In this document: positions 47,674 to 56,337 of the stretch, in pieces
Position numbering within the stretch: position 1 is the stretch's first letter
Layout of the letters: each line of letters starts with the position of its first letter
NCBI GenBank assembly: GCA_902560725.1
Contig: CACEMR010000001.1
Coordinates: 65,027 to 129,026 of the forward strand
Source: an uncultured Alphaproteobacteria bacterium
GTDB lineage: Bacteria; Pseudomonadota; Alphaproteobacteria; HIMB59; GCA-002718135
Length of the DNA stretch: 64,000 bases
Reading direction: 5' to 3'
Notes under the pieces: model-generated
What the model saw: only the letters and a program-made list of their open reading frames with translations
The model's database searches: none
What the model was told of the DNA's origin: nothing
Program-made: the position numbers and the translations under genes

Positions 47674-48609
47674 ATGAAAATAATCGCCTGTAATAGCAGT
47701 AATTCTCTTTCAGAAAAAATTTCTCAACATATTGGTGTCTCTTTAGCAGATGCTTCCGTAAGAACTTTTAACGATAGAGAAATTTTTGTAGAGATAAACG
47801 AAAATATTCGAGGAGAAGATGTTTTTATAATTCAATCTACATCTCATCCTGCAAATGATCATTTAATGGAACTGCTAATAACAATTGATGCTGCACGGAG
47901 AGGTTCAGCTAAAAGAATAACTGCGGTTATTCCTTACTATGGATATTCAAGACAGGATAGAAAAACTGGACCAAGGACTCCAATAACTGCGAAACTAGTT
48001 GCAAACTTAATTACTTCAGCTGGAGCTCATAGAGTTCTAACTATGGATTTGCATGCTGGTCAAATTCAAGGGTTTTTTGATATTCCTTTAGATAATATAT
48101 TTTCAGCCCCTCCTATAATTAAAGATATAAAAGAAAAATTTAATGGAGCGAATGATTTGGTTGTGGCTTCTCCAGATGTTGGTGGTGTCGTGAGAGCTAG
48201 AGCTTTTGCAAAAAGACTAAATGCTGGATTAGCAATAGCTGACAAAAGGAGAGAAAAAGCAGGTGAGTCAGAAGTTATGAATATTATAGGGGATGTAAAT
48301 AATAAAACCTGTATACTACTTGATGATATTGCAGACTCTGCAGGAACATTGTGCAATGCAGCTGAGGCTTTGAAAAATAATGGGGCAAAAGAAATTTATT
48401 CATATATTGTTCATGGAGTATTATCAGGTCAAGCTTTGTCAAGAATATCAAATTCTCAAATAAAGGAACTAGTATTAACTGATACAATAGAGCCAACTAA
48501 AGAAGTAAAAAACACAAAAAACATTAGACATATTAGTATCGCTCCTTTAATGGGTGAGGCGATTAAAAGGATCAGCAGTGATGCTTCTGTCTCTGCTCTT
48601 TTTGATTAA
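47674..48609 (+). CDS. prs: ribose-phosphate pyrophosphokinase
   Basis: [17 protein letters not shown], and the PRPP-binding loop [12 protein letters not shown]. Confidence 0.95.
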   Translation: MKIIACNSSNSLSEKISQHIGVSLADASVRTFNDREIFVEINENIRGEDVFIIQSTSHPANDHLMELLITIDAARRGSAKRITAVIPYYGYSRQDRKTGPRTPITAKLVANLITSAGAHRVLTMDLHAGQIQGFFDIPLDNIFSAPPIIKDIKEKFNGANDLVVASPDVGGVVRARAFAKRLNAGLAIADKRREKAGESEVMNIIGDVNNKTCILLDDIADSAGTLCNAAEALKNNGAKEIYSYIVHGVLSGQALSRISNSQIKELVLTDTIEPTKEVKNTKNIRHISIAPLMGEAIKRISSDASVSALFD

Positions 48610-48620
48610 AAATTAAAATT

Positions 48621-49304
48621 ATGGATAGTTACAAAGCACTAGATAGAAATAAAGAACCTAGTTCTACTCACAGCCTACTTAATAAGGGTATGGTGCCTGG
48701 TATAATTTATGGAAAAAACTCTGAACCTACAAAAATTGCTATTGAAGATAAAGTTTTAAGAAAACTTATGGAAACAGGATCATTTTATTCTACAATTCTT
48801 GATATTGATATTGATGGAAAATTGGAAAAAATACTTCCAAAACAGCTCCAATATCACCCTGTTAATGATAAGCTTATTCATTTTGATTTTCTAAGAGTTC
48901 AAGAAAATACAAAGGTAACAGTTGAAATACCTGTGGAATTTTTAAACCAAGATAAATGTCCTGGTCTAAAAAAAGGTGGAGTTCTTAATACTGTAAGAAG
49001 ACTAGTAGAGCTATCCTGTTTTGCAAATAAAATACCAAGTAAGCTTGAATTTGATTTACTAGAAAGTGAAATTGGTGACGCAGTAAAAATAAGCAATATT
49101 AAATTACCTGAAGGTGTTACTCCTACTATATCTGACAGGGATTTTGTAATTGCAACTTTAGTACCTCCAACTGTTGAAGTCGAAACAAAGTCAGAAGAAG
49201 AAACAACTGAGGAAGGAGGAGCAGAGGAAAAAACTGACGAGAAGACTGAAGCAAATAAAGAAGAACCTAAAGATAAAAAAGAAGAAGATAAAGAATCTAA
49301 ATAA
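48621..49304 (+). CDS. rplY: 50S ribosomal protein L25 (Ctc form) with an acidic/lysine-rich tail
   Basis: GMVPGIIYG and HPVNDKLIHFDFLRV motifs. Gene order prs-rplY-pth-ychF. Confidence 0.9.
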   Translation: MDSYKALDRNKEPSSTHSLLNKGMVPGIIYGKNSEPTKIAIEDKVLRKLMETGSFYSTILDIDIDGKLEKILPKQLQYHPVNDKLIHFDFLRVQENTKVTVEIPVEFLNQDKCPGLKKGGVLNTVRRLVELSCFANKIPSKLEFDLLESEIGDAVKISNIKLPEGVTPTISDRDFVIATLVPPTVEVETKSEEETTEEGGAEEKTDEKTEANKEEPKDKKEEDKESK

Positions 49305-49324
49305 AATAATTTATATCATAATAT

Positions 49325-49885
49325 ATGTTTATAATTTGTGGGCTTGGTAATCCAGGAGTTAGGTATACTAATACAAGGCACAATATTGGCTTTAAATTAG
49401 CAGATAAAATAATTACTAATTTTAATATAAGTAAAGTTAAAGAAGATAAATCGAAAGAGTTGTATTCAGGATCAATAAGTGGTTTAAAAATATTTGTCAT
49501 AAAACCTCTTACTTTCATGAACTTATCAGGTAAACCTATTTTTGAAACAGTTAATTATTATAAAATAAAAAAAGATAATATTTTTGTTATTCATGACGAT
49601 CTAGATTTAGAATTATCAAAAGTTAAAATAAAAAAAGGTGGTGGTAATGGGGGTCATAATGGTCTTGCTAGTGTAGATGAATATTTAGGAGAAAATTATA
49701 ATAGAATAAGAGTTGGTATTGGTCATCCAGGTCACAAAGATTTAGTATCAAATTATGTGTTAAATAATTTTTCTGAAGAAGAGGAAAATTTAATTGAAAA
49801 AAAACTAAAAAAAATGACAGAAAATTTTAATTTAATATTATCTGATATGCCTCTTTTTTTGACTAAAATAAGTGAAGATAAATAA
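49325..49885 (+). CDS. pth: peptidyl-tRNA hydrolase
   Basis: ICGLGNPG..YTNTRHNIGF, HDDLDL and GGHNGL motifs. Confidence 0.9.
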   Translation: MFIICGLGNPGVRYTNTRHNIGFKLADKIITNFNISKVKEDKSKELYSGSISGLKIFVIKPLTFMNLSGKPIFETVNYYKIKKDNIFVIHDDLDLELSKVKIKKGGGNGGHNGLASVDEYLGENYNRIRVGIGHPGHKDLVSNYVLNNFSEEEENLIEKKLKKMTENFNLILSDMPLFLTKISEDK

Positions 49886-49887
49886 AT

Positions 49888-50988
49888 ATGGGTTTTAAAT
49901 GTGGAATAGTTGGTCTTCCAAATGTTGGGAAGTCGACATTGTTTAATGCATTAACTCAATCAAATAAAGCTGAGGCAGCAAATTATCCTTTTGCAACTAT
50001 AGAACCTAATGTAGGAAGAGTTGCAGTTCCTGATGAAAGATTAAAAATTCTTGCCACTATTGGAAAGAGTGAAAAAATTATTCCATCATTTATGGATTTT
50101 GTTGATATTGCTGGATTAGTGAAAGGTGCCTCAAAAGGTGAAGGTTTGGGTAATAAATTTCTTGGACATGTAAGAGAGGTAGATGCAATTGCACACGTTG
50201 TAAGGTGTTTTGAGGATACGAATGTTACACATGTATCAACAAAGATAGATCCTCTAGATGACATAAGCACTATAAATCTTGAACTACAATTAGCGGATAT
50301 AGAGGTTTTAAGCAGTAAGAAAGTAAGTTTAGAAAAAAAATTAAAAGCAAATGATAAAGAAGCTAAAGCACAAAATGAAATTGTTAATAAACTTCTAATA
50401 AGACTTGAAGGAGAAAAATTAATATTGCTAGATGAGTTTAAAGATATTGAAGTAGAATTTATTAATTCATTAAATTTGATATCTCTAAAACCAACAATGT
50501 ATGTATGTAATGTAGATGAACAATCTATTCACAATGGAAATGCACTTTCACAAAGAGTAATTGAATTGGCAAAAAAAAATAATAATTCAGTTGTTTTAGT
50601 TTCTGCTTCAATTGAAGCACAAATTGCAGAATTAGAAAATGAATCTGAAAAAAAAGAATTTCTTAGTGAATTAAATTTAGATCAGACAACTTTAAACAAA
50701 GTAATCAAATCAGGGTATAATCTTTTAAATTTGATTAATTATTTTACATGTGGGCCAAAAGAAACAAGATCTTGGACTATAAATAAAAATACATTGGCGC
50801 CACAAGCAGCAGGAAAAATTCATACTGACTTTGAAAAAGGTTTCATCCGCGCAGAAACAGTTTCTTATGAGGATTATGTAAAAAATAATGGTGATGCAGG
50901 TAGCAGAGAAGCTGGAAAATTAAGACAGGAAGGTAAAGATTATTTAGTAAAAGACGGCGATGTTATGAATTTTTTATTTAATGTTTAA
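49888..50988 (+). CDS. ychF: redox-regulated ATPase YchF
   Basis: GIVGLPNVGKSTLFNALT, DIAGLVKGAS and the C-terminal TGS domain (DGDVMNFLFNV). Confidence 0.95.
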   Translation: MGFKCGIVGLPNVGKSTLFNALTQSNKAEAANYPFATIEPNVGRVAVPDERLKILATIGKSEKIIPSFMDFVDIAGLVKGASKGEGLGNKFLGHVREVDAIAHVVRCFEDTNVTHVSTKIDPLDDISTINLELQLADIEVLSSKKVSLEKKLKANDKEAKAQNEIVNKLLIRLEGEKLILLDEFKDIEVEFINSLNLISLKPTMYVCNVDEQSIHNGNALSQRVIELAKKNNNSVVLVSASIEAQIAELENESEKKEFLSELNLDQTTLNKVIKSGYNLLNLINYFTCGPKETRSWTINKNTLAPQAAGKIHTDFEKGFIRAETVSYEDYVKNNGDAGSREAGKLRQEGKDYLVKDGDVMNFLFNV

Positions 50989-51734
50989 TGAATGTCTCTC
51001 CACAATCTATTTTTGGCTAAATAAACAATTGTTCCCAAAATAATAAAAAATAAAATTACCTTTATTCCTAAATTTTTTCTTACTTCCATTTCTGGTTCAG
51101 CTGCCCATTGAAGAAAATGAGTTACATCTTCAGATAATTGCTGAGCATTATTATCAGTACCATCATCATAGTCTACACTACCGTCAGCAATTGGTGCCGG
51201 CATTGCTATTTGGTTTCCAGGCATCCACTTATTGTAATACATACCATTGCCAATCTCCATTCCCTCTGGTGGCTCAACATAGCCTAGAAGTAAATTATAA
51301 ATATAGTCAGGTCCGTATTTTCTAGCTTTTGTAATAACGCTAAGATCTGGAGGGTAAGCACCATTGTTACTTGCTCTTGCTTCATTGTCATTTGCGTATG
51401 GATTTACAAATCTATCAGCTGGTCTAGCTGGTCTTTCAAACATTTCACCATCATCGTTTGGCCCATCTAAAATAGTATATTCGGAAGCTATAACTTTAAC
51501 TTGTGCTTCTGAAAATCCAACATCTATAAGATCTCTATAATATAGTAACTTCATTGAATGACATCCGGAACACACTTCTGTAAAGACTTTATACCCTCTT
51601 TGAATTGCAGCTCTATCAAATGTTCCAGTTATTCCTTCAAAAGACCAATCGTGTTTGGGCATTTTCTCACTTGTCATTTCTGCAGCGTTAATAATTGATG
51701 AGAAAAATAAAAAAATAATAAAAACAAGGCGCAT
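50985..51734 (-). CDS. petC: cytochrome c1 of the bc1 complex
   Basis: Signal peptide, heme motif CSGCHS and a C-terminal TM anchor. Confidence 0.9.
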   Translation of the reverse strand: MRLVFIIFLFFSSIINAAEMTSEKMPKHDWSFEGITGTFDRAAIQRGYKVFTEVCSGCHSMKLLYYRDLIDVGFSEAQVKVIASEYTILDGPNDDGEMFERPARPADRFVNPYANDNEARASNNGAYPPDLSVITKARKYGPDYIYNLLLGYVEPPEGMEIGNGMYYNKWMPGNQIAMPAPIADGSVDYDDGTDNNAQQLSEDVTHFLQWAAEPEMEVRKNLGIKVILFFIILGTIVYLAKNRLWRDIH

Positions 51735-53026
51735 TATAGATTACTATCTTTTTCCATTGCGGTTGAAGGTATTTCCTTTTGTCCTCCACCTAAACTGGCT
51801 TCGATATTTTTAGAGTATACATCACTGATACTTAATGGCAGCTTATTTGGTTTTTCTATCCATCCAACAAATGGGGTAATAATAAAGAAAAATCCAAAGT
51901 AATAAAGTAAACCAACTCTTGCAATTAAAAGATATAAACCTTCGGCAGGTAACATTCCAACATAACCTAATACAAAAAAGTTTACAAAAAAAGCCATCAT
52001 AAACCACTTGTAGATAGGTCTATAATTACAACTTCTTACTTTTGATCTATCAAGCCATGGTAAAACAAATAATATTGCTATGGCTCCAAACATTAAAAGA
52101 ACTCCACCCAATTTATCAGGTACTGCTCTTAAAATTGCATAAAAAGGAGCAAGATACCAGTTTGGTACAATGTGAGCTGGAGTAACAAGAGGATCAGCTG
52201 GTATATAATTATCAACCTCAGCCATTAGATTAGGTCCAAAAAATATTACAGCCGATATTGCTACACCAAAAACACAGACTGCTATTGTATCTTTAATCAG
52301 CATATATGGAAAAAATTTTACAGAGTCATTTTTGGATTTAATATCAATTCCGTCGGGATTATTTGAGCCATGCACATGTACTGCAGCTACGTGTAAACCA
52401 ACTACACCGAAGATTACAAAAGGTAGAACATAATGAAGAGCAAAGAAACGATTTAATGTTGCATTGCCTACATTGTAATCTCCTAGTAACCAAGTTTTTA
52501 AACCTTCTCCAATAATAGGGATTGCACTAAATAAGTTTGTAATAACAGTTGCCCCCCAATAAGACATTTGTCCCCAAGGTAACGTGTAACCAAGAAATGA
52601 TGTTGCCATCATTAAAAGAAATATAAATACTCCAAGAATCCAGTTAAGTTCTCTTGGATATTTATAAGAACCAAAATACATTGCCCTTACAATATGAATA
52701 TAAACAATTATAAAAAAGAATGCTGCACCATTAGAATGAATGTAACGCATTAACCATCCATAATTTACGTCTCGCATAATTCTTTCAACACTATCGAATG
52801 CCATATCAGTATGAGGAGTGTAATTCATAGCTAAGAATATTCCACTCACAATCATGGTGATAAGAGTGATAGTTGCTAGAGCTCCAAAGCTCCAAAAATA
52901 ATTACAATTTTTTGGCATTGGATAATCACCATACTCTTTCTTAAAATAAGAAATGATAGGTAATCTAAATTCAATCCAATTAAGAACTGGATTTTTAAAT
53001 TGATGTACTTTTCTGTTTTGATCCAT
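51734..53026 (-). CDS. petB: cytochrome b of the bc1 complex
   Basis: 430 aa, 8 or more TM helices, conserved His pairs and a PEWY-equivalent region (PNWYLAPFY). Confidence 0.95.
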   Translation of the reverse strand: MDQNRKVHQFKNPVLNWIEFRLPIISYFKKEYGDYPMPKNCNYFWSFGALATITLITMIVSGIFLAMNYTPHTDMAFDSVERIMRDVNYGWLMRYIHSNGAAFFFIIVYIHIVRAMYFGSYKYPRELNWILGVFIFLLMMATSFLGYTLPWGQMSYWGATVITNLFSAIPIIGEGLKTWLLGDYNVGNATLNRFFALHYVLPFVIFGVVGLHVAAVHVHGSNNPDGIDIKSKNDSVKFFPYMLIKDTIAVCVFGVAISAVIFFGPNLMAEVDNYIPADPLVTPAHIVPNWYLAPFYAILRAVPDKLGGVLLMFGAIAILFVLPWLDRSKVRSCNYRPIYKWFMMAFFVNFFVLGYVGMLPAEGLYLLIARVGLLYYFGFFFIITPFVGWIEKPNKLPLSISDVYSKNIEASLGGGQKEIPSTAMEKDSNL

Positions 53027-53028
53027 TT

Positions 53029-53556
53029 TTATCCAATCTTTATCGTTGTATCATTTAAAAAAGTATAAGGGGGAACATCCAAATTTTTTGGTGCTGGACC
53101 TTTTCTAATTCTGCCTGAAGTATCGTAGTGCGAGCCGTGACAAGGACAATACCATCCATCATACTCCCCTTTCATGTCAGATACTTTCTGGCCAAGTGGA
53201 ACACATCCTAAATGTGTACAAACGCCTACTAATATTAACCATTCATCTTTTTGAACTCTATCTGCATCATCTTGAGGATCTTTTAAATCAGATGCTTGAA
53301 CCTTTTTAGCTGCATCAATCTCTTCTGGTGTTCTTTTTTTAATAAAAACAGGTTTGCCTCTCCATTTAATTGTAATACTCTGACCTTCTTCTATATCACT
53401 TATATCAACTTCTGTTGACCCTGCCGCTAAAGTATCTTCTGCTGGATTCATGCTTTTAATAAATGGCCATATAAAAGCAGCAGTTCCTACAGCACCAAGT
53501 GTTACAGTGCTTAATTGTAGGAAATCTCTTTTCTTTTGGTCAGTTTCTTTTGCCAT
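53029..53556 (-). CDS. petA: ubiquinol-cytochrome c reductase Rieske iron-sulfur subunit
   Basis: Tat-like N-terminus (KKRDFL). Rieske boxes CTHLGC and CPCHGS. Confidence 0.95.
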   Translation of the reverse strand: MAKETDQKKRDFLQLSTVTLGAVGTAAFIWPFIKSMNPAEDTLAAGSTEVDISDIEEGQSITIKWRGKPVFIKKRTPEEIDAAKKVQASDLKDPQDDADRVQKDEWLILVGVCTHLGCVPLGQKVSDMKGEYDGWYCPCHGSHYDTSGRIRKGPAPKNLDVPPYTFLNDTTIKIG

Positions 53557-53649
53557 TTATTTAATCTGCTTATATCTTAAATATTGTAAAAAATACTTTA
53601 TAAATATGTGCCAGCGTGACGCAAGCCTTAAAATAATATAGAAAAATCT

Positions 53650-54102
53650 ATGCGTATTGCCTTATTTGAACCTGACATACCTCAGAATGCTGGAAATATT
53701 TTTCGCCTTGGTGCCTGTCTCGGTATTCCTATAGATATTATTGAGCCAGCGGGATTCGTAATAGATGATAAAAGATTAAAAAGAGCATCAATGGATTACT
53801 ATGATTATTTAGATCTTACAAAGCATGTAAGTTGGGAAAAATTTTATGAATGGTCAAAAAAAAATTCATTCCAACTCATTCTACTCACAACCAAAAGTCA
53901 AAAAAGTTATTACGATTATAAATTTCAAGCTAAAGATATTATTTTATTTGGCAGAGAAAGTGCTGGTGTACCAGATTATGTTCATGAAGCAGTTGATGAG
54001 CGATTAACAATTCCTATGATAAAAGGTCCAAGGTCGATCAACTTAAGTAGTTCTGTTTCAATGGTTGCAGGTGAAATGATTAGGCAATTAAAATCAAGAT
54101 AA
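53650..54102 (+). CDS. trmL: tRNA (cytidine/uridine-2'-O)-methyltransferase, SpoU/TrmL type
   Basis: 150 aa SPOUT core (NAGNIFRLGA, LFGRESAGVP, RSINLSSSV). Confidence 0.8.
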   Translation: MRIALFEPDIPQNAGNIFRLGACLGIPIDIIEPAGFVIDDKRLKRASMDYYDYLDLTKHVSWEKFYEWSKKNSFQLILLTTKSQKSYYDYKFQAKDIILFGRESAGVPDYVHEAVDERLTIPMIKGPRSINLSSSVSMVAGEMIRQLKSR

Positions 54103-54951
54103 TGTCCCCATTTTACCATCTTGATAATCCATCATAGCTTTTTTAATTTCACCTTCAGAATTTGCAACAAAAGGTCCGTAACGCGCAACTGGTTCATTGA
54201 GAGGTTGACCTGCCAATACTAGATAAGAGCCTTCTTCAGATATTGAAGTAAGTTGAACATCATCACTTGATTGATCAAAGAAAATCATATCACCCTTATT
54301 TGCTATTTTTTCTGAGTTAGAAAACTGTAATTGTCCGTCAATAATATAGATCATTAAAATTTGTTCTTTATCAACTTTAAACTTTGTCATATCAGGTTTT
54401 GAAAATTGAATATCAAAAATCGAAACAGGTGAGTAGGTTTGAACTTTTGATTTAATTCCTTTTATTTCACCAACCAGTACTTTAATTTTTATATTATTAT
54501 TTTCTGAAACTGTTGGAATTGTCTCTTTTTTAATATGTTGATACCAAGGTTTAACTTTTTTATTTTTTTGTGGCAGATTTACCCAAATCTGTAAACCTTG
54601 CATAACTCCACCACTCTTCTTAAATTTTTCGGTTACTAATTCAGAATGAATTAAACCTGAGCCAGTAGTCATCCACTGTACATCACCAGTTTCAATCTCT
54701 GCTTGTCCACCAAAAGAGTCGCGATGTTCTACTTCACCGCCAAGCATGTAAGTAATTGCCTCAAAACCACAATGTGGATGAGCCGGAACTCCACTTGCTC
54801 CTCCAGGTTCATAATTTATTGGACCAAAATGATCAAAAAGAAGAAATGGATCATTTTCTCTCATACCAGGAACAGGAAAGGCTCTGGTTACAGGTATTCC
54901 ATCACCTTCAAAAGTCTTCATACATTCTTTGATTTCAATTATTTTTCTCAT
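54094..54951 (-). CDS. pirin family protein
   Basis: HPHCGFEAITYML and HRDS.G cupin metal motifs; 285 aa. Confidence 0.85.
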   Translation of the reverse strand: MRKIIEIKECMKTFEGDGIPVTRAFPVPGMRENDPFLLFDHFGPINYEPGGASGVPAHPHCGFEAITYMLGGEVEHRDSFGGQAEIETGDVQWMTTGSGLIHSELVTEKFKKSGGVMQGLQIWVNLPQKNKKVKPWYQHIKKETIPTVSENNNIKIKVLVGEIKGIKSKVQTYSPVSIFDIQFSKPDMTKFKVDKEQILMIYIIDGQLQFSNSEKIANKGDMIFFDQSSDDVQLTSISEEGSYLVLAGQPLNEPVARYGPFVANSEGEIKKAMMDYQDGKMGTLS

Positions 54952-54988
54952 AAATTTATTTTAAAATCTTACTTTTATAGATATAGGT

Positions 54989-55078
54989 ATGAATATGAAA
55001 AATCAAAATCCAGAACCACCAAAGTGCGGATGTAGTTGTAGCTGTTGCTGTACTTGTGAAGGTGGAGGGTGTTGTTAA
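54989..55078 (+). CDS. candidate 29-aa cysteine-rich peptide (9 Cys; metallothionein-like), absent from the supplied ORF track
   Basis: My own translation of 54989-55078 is MNMKNQNPEPPKCGCSCSCCCTCEGGGCC*. Nine in-frame TGY codons sit in a locally G+C-enriched patch of an otherwise AT-rich 167-nt spacer, and the stop codon lies in the loop of a 9-bp hairpin. The SD is weak, and there is an alternative ATG at 54995. Confidence 0.45.
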   Translation: MNMKNQNPEPPKCGCSCSCCCTCEGGGCC

Positions 55079-55090
55079 ATTAACACCCTC
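55065..55090 (+). terminator. stem-loop whose loop contains the micro-ORF stop codon, between convergent genes
   Basis: GAGGGTGTT (55065-55073) pairs perfectly with AACACCCTC (55082-55090) around an 8-nt loop. The downstream sequence is A/T-rich but not a clean U-run. It may serve both the micro-ORF and the convergent znuA. Confidence 0.4.
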
Positions 55091-55118
55091 AATTTAAATT
55101 TTATATTTAAAATAATTA

Positions 55119-56258
55119 CTAACAGCCTTTAAGCTCATCTCCAAGATTTGTTATCAACTTAAAATAAAGAGATTTATTTGAGTCAATATTAGCACCTAGA
55201 GGATCAAAGACACCTGTTTTGATATTCATATCCTCAGCTATTGTTGTAATTATCTTTGGATTGAACTGTGGTTCAGAGAATATACATTTTATTCCTCTAT
55301 CCTTAATTACATCCTGAATATCAGCAATCTGTTTAGCGCCTGGTAAAACATCAGTGTTTAACGTAAGTGCTCCAGCTGCTCTAACACCAAATCTTTCTTC
55401 AAAGTATTGGTAAGCATCATGGAAGACAACAAACTTAGCATCTTTATTTATACCTTTGTCAATATCATTAACAAGTTGATCAAGTGATTGAATTGTTGCT
55501 TTTGCATTAGCCTCATATTTATCTTTGTTTGCTGGATCTAAATCACCTAACTCATGAGCAATTTCATGAACCATTTCTTTAGCATTCATTGGATCTAACC
55601 ATATGTGAGCATCAAACTCTCCATGATTGTGACCTTCGTGTCCAGCATGATCGTCGTGGTCATCATGGTCATCATGATCATCGTGGTCATCATGATCATC
55701 ATGGTCATCATGATCATCGTGGTCATCATGATCATCATGGTCATCATGATCATCGTGGTCATCGTGGTCATCGTGGTCATCATGGTCGTCGTGGTCATCG
55801 TGGTCATCATGGTCATCATGATCATCATGGTCATCATGATCGTCGTGGTCATCGTGGTCATCATGGTCGTCGTGGTCTTCAAAAATTGATTCTTCTCTAA
55901 ATTTTAATTTATTAATACTTTCAATTTCCATAAACTCAACAACTTCAGCATTTTTAACAATAGACTCAAGTGGTCTCTCCATAAAAGTTTCGATACCTTC
56001 TCCTATCCAAAAAATTATGTCAGCTTCTTCAAGAAGTTTTGCGTGTGAAGGTTTTAATGTAAAACTATGCGGAGAAGTGCTGCCTTCAATTATAAGTGCA
56101 GGCTCTCCCACGCCGTCCATTACATTTGCAATCAGTGAGTGAAGGGGTTTAATTGTAGTAACAACTTTTAACTCTGCTCTGGCAGAGGAAGTTGATACTA
56201 GAATTGCTGAAAAAAATACGATTTTTAAAAACATTAAAAAAAAGTTGTGTTGTCTCAT
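55119..56258 (-). CDS. znuA: zinc ABC transporter substrate-binding protein with a hyper-extended Asp/His loop
   Basis: Signal peptide and cluster-9 SBP motifs (PHSFTLKP, AHIWLDP, VFHDAYQYF, FSEPQF). Divergent from znuCB-zur. Confidence 0.9.
   Translation of the reverse strand: MRQHNFFLMFLKIVFFSAILVSTSSARAELKVVTTIKPLHSLIANVMDGVGEPALIIEGSTSPHSFTLKPSHAKLLEEADIIFWIGEGIETFMERPLESIVKNAEVVEFMEIESINKLKFREESIFEDHDDHDDHDDHDDHDDHDDHDDHDDHDDHDDHDDHDDHDDHDDHDDHDDHDDHDDHDDHDDHDDHDDHDDHDDHDDHAGHEGHNHGEFDAHIWLDPMNAKEMVHEIAHELGDLDPANKDKYEANAKATIQSLDQLVNDIDKGINKDAKFVVFHDAYQYFEERFGVRAAGALTLNTDVLPGAKQIADIQDVIKDRGIKCIFSEPQFNPKIITTIAEDMNIKTGVFDPLGANIDSNKSLYFKLITNLGDELKGC
55647..55877 (-). repeat. 231-bp in-frame tandem repeat of 9-nt period (25.7 units) encoding (DHD)n inside znuA
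   Basis: I parsed it unit by unit: plus-strand units are ATG/GTG-ATC/GTC-ATC/GTC. Two perfect adjacent 36-nt super-units lie at 55674-55709 and 55710-55745. Together they encode 77 consecutive D/H residues. Confidence 0.95.
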
Positions 56259-56297
56259 AAAAAGTGTTCCTATAAATAATTAAGTCTGTTAATGACC

Positions 56298-56315
56298 GTA
56301 ATGTTATAATATTAC
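56298..56315. promoter_or_regulatory. putative Zur box overlapping an extended -10 in the znuA/znuC divergent promoter region
   Basis: GTAATGTTA|TAATATTAC is an 18-bp palindrome with 8 of 9 positions matched per half. It contains TGtTATAAT (56302-56310), a perfect extended -10 for the plus-strand znuC. The zur gene lies in the same locus. Confidence 0.55.
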
Positions 56316-56337
56316 ATATCATAATGTAAATAGAAAA

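Noticed and set aside
49180-49304. Acidic/lysine-rich C-terminal tail of L25/Ctc, considered as a separate feature.
   Set aside because: Charged C-terminal extensions are a normal property of Ctc-type L25 proteins, and there is no DNA-level tandem repeat.
54703-55035. 110-aa plus-strand ORF spanning the pirin 5' region and part of the spacer.
   Set aside because: It is mostly antisense to the well-supported pirin gene, has a low-complexity product with no motifs, and is in a different frame from the Cys-rich micro-ORF.
55589-55900. Three additional ORFs in the track across the znuA repeat: 103 aa (+) rich in HGHR, 95 aa (-) rich in MTT, and 94 aa (+) rich in IVM.
   Set aside because: They are frame artefacts of the stop-free 9-nt tandem repeat. 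Only the znuA frame is flanked by conserved ZnuA domain sequence on both sides.
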